Virus record (IMG/VR): IMGVR_UViG_2695420889_000011
Coordinates: 1-11,785 of that record
Origin: a virus
Taxonomy: Duplodnaviria; Heunggongvirae; Uroviricota; Caudoviricetes
Length of the DNA: 11,785 bases
Direction: 5' to 3' (one strand)
This document shows positions 7,046 through 11,785 of the stretch, in pieces. A program made the translations under genes and the position numbers. How positions within the stretch are numbered: the first letter of the stretch is position 1; every line of letters starts with the position of its first letter. The notes beneath the pieces are model-generated. The model saw only the letters and a list, made by a program, of their open reading frames with translations, was not told where the DNA came from and made no database searches.

Positions 7046-7393
7046 TTACTTATCACATAAATCAAATGCAGCCTTAGTGACATCCCCTAGGCTCTTTTTT
7101 AACCCTGGGGCGGCATCATTATCTAGCCAAAATGGATTATTGTTATCTAACGGTAACGCACCAAATGTTTTACCTTTTATTCGAGCCAAACCTGTAAGTG
7201 CATATAACTTATTATCGTCAAAATTCATCACATAAGGATTACCATCAAGACACTGTAATTGAACCTCATCAGTATTAAATGGCCATACCCCATTGAAACT
7301 CTCACGTTCAATAGTTTTAAAAGGCATTGCGACGGCGGAAAAAGAAAACATAGATAAAAAAGTAACTAATAGTTGAACCTTTTTTACTTTCAT
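7046..7393 (-). CDS. Secreted/periplasmic small protein with signal peptide; possibly DUF2511 (YebY-like)
   Basis: 115-aa ORF with SD GAGGT 6 nt upstream. N-terminal signal peptide MKVKKVQLLVTFLSMFSFSAVA. The mature part has the pattern W-x-FN-x-[DE]EV-x-L-x-C-x-x-GN ... DN-x-x-PG-x-KKSL ... LC with two Cys; the resemblance to YebY is from memory only. Stop is 5 bp before the int start. Confidence 0.55.
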   Translation of the reverse strand: MKVKKVQLLVTFLSMFSFSAVAMPFKTIERESFNGVWPFNTDEVQLQCLDGNPYVMNFDDNKLYALTGLARIKGKTFGALPLDNNNPFWLDNDAAPGLKKSLGDVTKAAFDLCDK

Positions 7394-7422
7394 ATCATTA
7401 CCTCAATTTAGCTCAAGTAAGA

Positions 7423-8073
7423 TTACAAATTAAAAAACGCCCTAGAAATGACACCGCCTACCAAAACCCCTACGCAGATAAAGAATATTATTTCTTTTGG
7501 ATAAAGTCGGATTAATTCTGAAGCACGAAGTCGGACTTCTGGTAAGGTCGAACTCTCTGTGTGGCTTGATGCCGATTGTTGCTCTAACCACGACAATGCA
7601 GACTGTAACTGAGAACGAGTAAGATCGTTTAAACGTCCTGTACCGAAATTGATATGGCAATACCGCAGAAGTTTTTGTCGAAGTCCACAGTCTTCACTGT
7701 TACGTAGTAATAAACTTACAAGAGCCTTACAGGCATCATGATCTTTACATCGCTCAAGCATTGCATGCAGAAAACTCTCCGCTGTTTTATATTGATTTAC
7801 TGTCATATCATCAATACCAGCTACACCAATCTCCGCATGTACTTTTTGCCAAATAATAAACGCTTCAGTATTGCTAGCTTCTGCAATAGCAGCAACCAAG
7901 CTATTCAGCTCCTTACGCTGAGCCTTAAGCAAAGGGCGATCGTCATCATCATTATTCGAAGGGATTGCGATATTGACGGTATGAGAACCATCATATCGCT
8001 CTATCTGAATATTCTTTTCGTGAAAATCACGCCCAGCAACGCGATTGTTTGAACCGTTTGAGTTGACGGCCAT
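7423..8073 (-). CDS. Hypothetical protein (216 aa) with C-terminal transmembrane anchor
   Basis: Strong SD GGGAGGTG just upstream of the ATG, 15 bp after the repressor stop. Single hydrophobic C-terminal helix IIFFICVGVLVGGVISRAFF. The N-terminus shares an NNR[VI]AGRD[FY] motif with the C-terminus of the upstream repressor. Confidence 0.6.
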   Translation of the reverse strand: MAVNSNGSNNRVAGRDFHEKNIQIERYDGSHTVNIAIPSNNDDDDRPLLKAQRKELNSLVAAIAEASNTEAFIIWQKVHAEIGVAGIDDMTVNQYKTAESFLHAMLERCKDHDACKALVSLLLRNSEDCGLRQKLLRYCHINFGTGRLNDLTRSQLQSALSWLEQQSASSHTESSTLPEVRLRASELIRLYPKEIIFFICVGVLVGGVISRAFFNL

Positions 8074-8088
8074 GTCACCTCCCTACTA

Positions 8089-8493
8089 TCACCTACCCTT
8101 AGTTTCGTTATAGTCACGACCAGCGATACGGTTATTACCACCAGAAATATTTAACTCACGTCCTGATAGCTGAGTTTCCTTTTCACTGATCGCACCTTTT
8201 AAAGCCCCAATCACCGCGTTTTTCACATCTAACGAAGCTGCTCGAAAGCGAGTAATCAACTCCTGCTCATCATCGTTATAAGTTTCAGGTGAGTGAATTC
8301 CCAACACAACATACTGAACATCAAGGCCAAAACGAGACAGCGCTGCCAAATACGCAGCATCAGGAAAGCTATCTCCTTTCTCATATCTAAGCTGAGTTAG
8401 CTTTTTGACTCCACCAATGTCGCTCATGGCAACTTGACTAAGTCCCAATCTTTCCCTTTCCTCACGCAACCGCTGACCAATATCATTTTTCAT
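8089..8493 (-). CDS. XRE-family helix-turn-helix transcriptional regulator (CI-like repressor candidate)
   Basis: The N-terminus IGQRLREERERLGLSQVAMSDIGGVKKLTQLRYEKGDSFPDAAYLAALSRFGLDVQYVV is a typical HTH_XRE (Cro/C1-type) domain. First gene of the leftward operon ending in int, facing a divergent promoter region. Confidence 0.7.
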   Translation of the reverse strand: MKNDIGQRLREERERLGLSQVAMSDIGGVKKLTQLRYEKGDSFPDAAYLAALSRFGLDVQYVVLGIHSPETYNDDEQELITRFRAASLDVKNAVIGALKGAISEKETQLSGRELNISGGNNRIAGRDYNETKGR

Positions 8494-8502
8494 ACAAAAA
8501 CC

Positions 8503-8531
8503 TTGACAGGTATCTTTTTTGATACCAAAAT
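8503..8531. promoter_or_regulatory. Divergent promoter region with palindromic operator candidate GGTATC-T6-GATACC
   Basis: TTGACA at 8503-8508; perfect inverted repeat GGTATCTTTTTTGATACC at 8509-8526 occupying the spacer; weak -10-like CAAAAT at 8526-8531 with 17-bp spacing. Lies between the divergently transcribed repressor gene and the rightward operon. Confidence 0.35.
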
Positions 8532-8568
8532 GATTTCACGAGCTATTAGATGATCACAATATACCACT

Positions 8569-8775
8569 ATGAAACAAGTTCTTCACGATACCAGATCACG
8601 CATTCCGCGTAACACCGCCACAGGTCCAAGACTGGCACTTCGGCTGTCCCTCGAGGAGCGAGCCGTCATTGATGAAATGGCAGCTAAAGAACAACGCTCA
8701 TCCTCTAACATGGCGCGCATGATCTTCCTTCGCGGCCTAGAGCTAACCCAGAAAGAACAAAACAAATCTTCCTGA
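8569..8775 (+). CDS. Small DNA-binding protein candidate (ribbon-helix-helix-like), first gene of the rightward operon
   Basis: 68-aa ORF. The segment RLALRLSLEERAVIDEMAAKEQRSSSNMARMIFLRGL fits the beta-strand/helix/helix pattern of RHH regulators. No clear SD. The antisense ORF 8583-8765 looks like low-complexity junk. Confidence 0.4.
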   Translation: MKQVLHDTRSRIPRNTATGPRLALRLSLEERAVIDEMAAKEQRSSSNMARMIFLRGLELTQKEQNKSS

Positions 8776-8791
8776 TCAGGAGGCTAGTGGG

Positions 8792-8995
8792 ATGTCAGGT
8801 ATAACCATCAATATCAATGTGAATGCCCCCTATGTATCCCTGCAGAAATATGCAGAGATAACAGGTATCCCTCTTAATACATGCAAAAAGATGTTGGCTG
8901 ACGGTCGAATTATTATCCGCCCCAAACGCGCCAAAATGGAAAAGCCTGAAGTAAACCTTGTGGCGATGTTAAAAGACGCTTTGGCTAACAGCTAA
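8792..8995 (+). CDS. Small HTH protein, excisionase/AlpA-like regulator candidate
   Basis: 67-aa ORF with strong SD AGGAGG (8778-8783). The segment YVSLQKYAEITGIPLNTCKKMLADGRI is HTH-like, as in Xis/AlpA-type proteins. Confidence 0.5.
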   Translation: MSGITININVNAPYVSLQKYAEITGIPLNTCKKMLADGRIIIRPKRAKMEKPEVNLVAMLKDALANS

Positions 8996-9016
8996 AACAA
9001 TGAACAGAGCACCATC

Positions 9017-9367
9017 ATGAAAAAAAACGCTAATAATCCATACTCCAAATTTCGTAATGGCGTAGAACGCCATGTACACCACGTCGCTACCAGTGCATCA
9101 CGTAGTAACAGTCGCTATAACCTGAACGAAACACACGCAACACCGGATGGCCACGCTGTAAAACAAATCGGCGAGCATACCTGGCTGATTGAGAAAGCTG
9201 GAATCGTGGTCCACAAATGCCCACGCAATCCGTTTACCGGAAACCGCATTTTTGCATTGAGCTGCGGAGACAATCACTTCGGACAGGATTTCACATTATA
9301 CGAAGCACTTCGCACGGTTGATCGTCTGCTTCGCGGGCAAAGTTTTATTAAACAGGCTGATTTATAA
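9017..9367 (+). CDS. Hypothetical protein (116 aa)
   Basis: Intact ORF in the rightward operon; no recognisable motif; weak SD. Confidence 0.45.
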   Translation: MKKNANNPYSKFRNGVERHVHHVATSASRSNSRYNLNETHATPDGHAVKQIGEHTWLIEKAGIVVHKCPRNPFTGNRIFALSCGDNHFGQDFTLYEALRTVDRLLRGQSFIKQADL

Positions 9368-9377
9368 CAGGTGCTTT

Positions 9378-9692
9378 ATGACCAAAGAGCATGCACAAGG
9401 TGTATTTATCCGTTTTATTGATTTTCGCGGTGAACTGTTATTACGCGCATCCGCTATTGATGGAGTGGCTCCGGCGGGTAAAAACGGAGCCGACGAAGCC
9501 ACTTACGTTTATCTGAACGGCACGCGACTGCTTGTGGAACTTCCGTACCAGACCGTACGAGAAATCATTAGTGAAGCTGAAAAGGCACGCCTGGCTAATG
9601 GCGTGAACCCTATATCGAAATTATTTGTATGGATTCAGAAACTGAAATTCAGAAAGCAGATTAAAGGGCGTTGCGATGGGCAAAGAATATAA
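9378..9692 (+). CDS. Hypothetical protein (104 aa); start moved to the internal ATG at 9378
   Basis: The ORF-track start at 9318 would overlap the preceding gene by 50 bp. The in-frame ATG at 9378 has SD AGGTG 6 nt upstream and lies just after the preceding stop (9365-9367). Confidence 0.45.
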   Translation: MTKEHAQGVFIRFIDFRGELLLRASAIDGVAPAGKNGADEATYVYLNGTRLLVELPYQTVREIISEAEKARLANGVNPISKLFVWIQKLKFRKQIKGRCDGQRI

Positions 9693-9918
9693 AACTCTCA
9701 TTAACAAAGCACTTGAGCGTTTTTATTTTCGCTTAAGTGCATCAGGCGCTCATGCTGAACGAGCAGCCCGTGACTCATTGACCAGGGCAATCCGGAGTCT
9801 GTATGACGTGGCTTTTTACGCTGATGATCTGGATGCACTTAACGAACTTTCCGAGCTGATCTGTGCCGCAGAATGCGGGGAACATATTGAACCGTATAAG
9901 CTGGGGAATATTGCATGA
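9676..9918 (+). CDS. Hypothetical protein (80 aa)
   Basis: Intact ORF with AAGGG about 8 nt upstream; overlaps the 9378-9692 gene by 17 bp, consistent with an operon. Confidence 0.45.
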   Translation: MGKEYKTLINKALERFYFRLSASGAHAERAARDSLTRAIRSLYDVAFYADDLDALNELSELICAAECGEHIEPYKLGNIA

Positions 9919-10028
9919 GTATATTTATCTCATGGCTTGTTCTGATTATTTCGGTGGCCTGCGCCATTGGGATTATGCGAATTATTCATTCAGTAAAAAA
10001 GATTGAACGCTTTTTCACTGGTGAATAA
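9915..10028 (+). CDS. Small hydrophobic peptide (37 aa, MSIFISWLVLIISVACAIGIMRIIHSVKKIERFFTGE), single predicted TM helix
   Basis: Hand-translated; not in the ORF track because it is under 60 aa. Its ATG overlaps the stop of the upstream gene (ATGA at 9915-9918), suggesting translational coupling. Confidence 0.3.
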   Translation: MSIFISWLVLIISVACAIGIMRIIHSVKKIERFFTGE

Positions 10029-10121
10029 CGATACAAATAAAGCATCAAATTAAATAAGAAAACGTGAAAACCATCCGTATTAACGGAGGTATTCGCACAC
10101 GCAAATAACGGAGATACAAAA

Positions 10122-10532
10122 ATGCACGCAAAAGAAGAAGGTATCATCAGAGCACTGAAAGAAATTTCAAAGACAGAAAACGAAGTAGCGAAAAAAGCCG
10201 TGGCAAATGCACATATGGACGTCGCAACCCACACACTGATAGTCGCAAGAGTCACGGCAGAAGCAGCCGAAATTATCGCAAAACAGGATGCTGAACTGGC
10301 GGTTCTCAGAACACAACCAGTCACCGGACTGGATTTGTCTAACACCGGACGCCTTATTTACACAATTGGCTCGGAGCTACAGCGATACACCATTATCGCC
10401 GGATTACAGGATAAATACCTGATCACTCCTCACCCCATAAGGGAATCAGAAATTCTGACAAATCTCCGCCTGATAGAACGCTCTCAAGTTGTATTCATTG
10501 ATGACGCGCAATGTGCCGTATTTAACGCATAG
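10122..10532 (+). CDS. Hypothetical protein (136 aa)
   Basis: Intact ORF with SD GGAG about 9 nt upstream; no recognisable motif. Confidence 0.5.
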   Translation: MHAKEEGIIRALKEISKTENEVAKKAVANAHMDVATHTLIVARVTAEAAEIIAKQDAELAVLRTQPVTGLDLSNTGRLIYTIGSELQRYTIIAGLQDKYLITPHPIRESEILTNLRLIERSQVVFIDDAQCAVFNA

Positions 10533-10555
10533 GGTTACTGGACAAAGGGGGCGCA

Positions 10556-10759
10556 ATGGCAATTAAGCATTTTCCCGTCGTTCGCTTTACCTCCAGAGGG
10601 CGCGAATACGAGGTCGACGAACGCCTGATTACCACTATCGACAAACATCGTTCGGAAAAGGATGCACACCACATCTACCTCACTGACGGCACTTACTTCT
10701 GCGCCACCAACGTGGCGCGGGTGAATCTTATCCGACAGGTACAGGAGCCACGCAGATGA
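10556..10759 (+). CDS. Hypothetical protein (67 aa)
   Basis: Intact ORF with SD AAGGGGG upstream; stop overlaps the next start (ATGA at 10756-10759). Confidence 0.5.
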   Translation: MAIKHFPVVRFTSRGREYEVDERLITTIDKHRSEKDAHHIYLTDGTYFCATNVARVNLIRQVQEPRR

Positions 10760-11022
10760 CCATTCTGGACTACATCGCTACTCATCCGGGGTGTAGCGGC
10801 GGAGAGATCGCCGCAGCACTGAATACCCCAACCACAGCCATTAATGCTGAGTTACGCCGACTTTGGCGCGGCGGCTTAGTCATCAGAACAAACCGCAGCA
10901 CAGGTGGTCGCGCTCGCAAAACAGGAGGCCAGGCTTCTTACCACGTAAACCCGATGCTGTTCGGGTGTAGTAATCCACTTACTCACATGTTTAACCAGCT
11001 ACTGAAGGAAGCCAGAGCATGA
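10756..11022 (+). CDS. Winged-helix DNA-binding protein candidate (88 aa)
   Basis: The segment LDYIATHPGCSGGEIAAALNTPTTAINAELRRLWRGGLV resembles a winged-HTH recognition module. SD AGGAG 10 nt upstream. Stop overlaps the next start (ATGA at 11019-11022). Confidence 0.5.
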   Translation: MTILDYIATHPGCSGGEIAAALNTPTTAINAELRRLWRGGLVIRTNRSTGGRARKTGGQASYHVNPMLFGCSNPLTHMFNQLLKEARA

Positions 11023-11318
11023 GCACCATCAACCACCAGAAGCTACGCGAACTGGCATTTGCCCTGCAACGAATGGCAACGCCTCAAAAATTACTGGCAT
11101 TTCGCGCAATGCTCTCGCCGTCTGCTGTGCTGGCACTGCTGGATCAGCTGGAGCACGCCAGAACCACTGCTCCAGCCATTCGCCTCACGCTCCATCATGA
11201 AATCGCTGATTTCTGCGCAACGCTGGGGGCACCTGGCGAACCGGAAACGCCGGAAGCAATGCAGCAAGAGCTGCTGCAACGCATCGATAACGTTTTTGAT
11301 TTTTTTCTGAACCAGTAA
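11019..11318 (+). CDS. Hypothetical protein (99 aa), last gene of the rightward operon
   Basis: Intact ORF translationally coupled to the upstream gene. Chosen over the overlapping alternative-frame ORFs 11059-11310 (+) and 11091-11357 (-) because of the coupling and operon context. Confidence 0.5.
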   Translation: MSTINHQKLRELAFALQRMATPQKLLAFRAMLSPSAVLALLDQLEHARTTAPAIRLTLHHEIADFCATLGAPGEPETPEAMQQELLQRIDNVFDFFLNQ

Positions 11319-11339
11319 GAAACCAGAACATGCACACAC

Positions 11340-11461
11340 AAAAAAACCGCTTGCCATGCCTCAATCGGTCAGGTTACATTTCCGCTGCACCTCATAAAAC
11401 GGGCGCCGGGATTCTCAACCCGATACAGAGCAAAGCGCATAACCGCGCAAGCGGTTTTTTT
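11340..11461 (+). terminator. Terminator-like structured element: 15-bp perfect long-range inverted repeat ending in a GNRA hairpin and T-run
   Basis: AAAAAAACCGCTTGC (11340-11354) is the exact reverse complement of GCAAGCGGTTTTTTT (11447-11461). A local hairpin AACCGC-GCAA-GCGGTT (11441-11456) is followed by a T-run. Located 22 bp after the operon stop. Confidence 0.4.
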
Positions 11462-11473
11462 GTGCGTACTGTA

Positions 11474-11502
11474 TTGCCACGTCTTTTTCGCGTCAGAATT
11501 AT
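11474..11502 (+). promoter_or_regulatory. Candidate sigma-70 promoter for the downstream leader and gene
   Basis: TTGCCA (11474-11479), 17-bp spacer, AATTAT (11497-11502). Sequence-only prediction. Confidence 0.3.
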
Positions 11503-11518
11503 GGCGGGGCGTACGGGG

Positions 11519-11633
11519 CCGACTTCGGTCGGACCGGATTCTTTGCTCTCCGGTGTTGAGAACCCTGTACGTCTCGCCACCCCGAGATTCTCAACTCTGG
11601 ATGGTGAGTTATTTCTATCACCGAGCAAAGAGG
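11519..11633 (+). promoter_or_regulatory. Structured 5' leader / riboregulatory element with alternative pairings that can occlude the SD of the downstream gene
   Basis: UUCG-tetraloop hairpin CCGAC-TTCG-GTCGG (11519-11532). Segment CTTTGCTCT...GTTGAGAACCC (11541-11565) is complementary to GATTCTCAAC (11586-11595) and GAGCAAAG (11623-11630), the latter abutting the SD AGAGG (about 11629-11633). It is also complementary to an upstream copy at 11408-11435. Confidence 0.35.
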
Positions 11634-11640
11634 CCACACC

Positions 11641-11785
11641 ATGGCAGACCGCAAACAGCACCGCGCTATCGCGGAGCGTCGTCACATCCAGACTGAAATC
11701 AACCGCAGACTTTCCCGCGCATCACGCGTCGCGCAAATCATGCACATCAATATGCTGCATGAGCGCAGCCACGCACTATCAAACA
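11641..11785 (+). CDS. Hypothetical protein, 5' part only (runs off the window end)
   Basis: ATG at 11641 with SD GAGG 7 nt upstream. Open frame MADRKQHRAIAERRHIQTEINRRLSRASRVAQIMHINMLHERSHALSN... continues to the window edge. Hand-translated; absent from the ORF track because of length. Confidence 0.45.
   Translation, partial: MADRKQHRAIAERRHIQTEINRRLSRASRVAQIMHINMLHERSHALSN

Noticed and set aside
7442-8052. ORFs 7442-7660 (-) and 7738-8052 (+) inside the 216-aa membrane protein gene
   Set aside because: Alternative-frame or antisense ORFs within a gene that has a strong SD and operon context.
8583-8765. 60-aa minus-strand ORF antisense to the RHH-like gene
   Set aside because: Translation is Ser/Arg-rich low-complexity; the plus-strand frame shows a plausible RHH pattern and fits the operon direction.
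9318-9377. ORF-track start at 9318 for the 9318-9692 gene
   Set aside because: It would overlap the preceding gene by 50 bp; the internal ATG at 9378 has a good SD and follows the preceding stop, so the shorter start is preferred.
11059-11357. ORFs 11059-11310 (+) and 11091-11357 (-) overlapping the 99-aa gene
   Set aside because: Alternative-frame and antisense; the 11019-11318 frame is translationally coupled to the upstream gene.
11408-11632. Considered whether the three repeated segments could be a small CRISPR array or iterons
   Set aside because: Only three copies, in mixed orientation and with irregular spacing and internal variation; no repeat-spacer periodicity. The nested complementarity fits RNA secondary structure better. 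Iteron function (origin) cannot be fully excluded.
11392-11696. ORFs 11392-11685 (-) and 11460-11696 (+) across the structured non-coding region
   Set aside because: They span the inverted repeats, tetraloop hairpins and the SD of the downstream gene; Arg/Pro-rich translations typical of GC-rich non-coding sequence. The region is better explained as regulatory RNA.

Overview
This 11.8-kb window is a mosaic accessory region, most likely from an Enterobacteriaceae (E. coli-like) chromosome at a tRNA-Leu integration hotspot. No searches or computations could be run, so every family assignment rests on motifs read by eye from the supplied translations and sequence. Left to right: (1) the 3' end of an IS3-family transposase gene whose insertion has decapitated a XerC/D-like tyrosine recombinase gene; (2) an AT-rich 212-aa gene of unknown function, an intrinsic terminator and, 11 bp later, an 851-aa family-B DNA polymerase with exonuclease and polymerase motifs, resembling the primer-independent PolB (piPolB) of pipolin-type elements; (3) an antisense P4-type integrase N-terminal remnant overlapping the polymerase 3' end, followed by a 246-aa gene with a divergent uracil-DNA-glycosylase-like motif pattern; (4) a terminator plus only the 3' 55 nt of a tRNA-Leu gene, i.e. 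an att-type repeat marking a junction between two integrated elements; (5) a second integrative element with a P2-family integrase co-oriented with a periplasmic protein, a membrane-anchored protein and an XRE-type repressor, then a divergent promoter/operator and a rightward operon of about ten small genes; (6) a roughly 300-bp structured non-coding region with mutually exclusive RNA pairings that can occlude the ribosome-binding site of a gene truncated at the window end. No rRNA or CRISPR array was seen. The most interesting candidates are the piPolB module, the repressor-linked cargo pair with a shared peptide motif, and the RNA switch.
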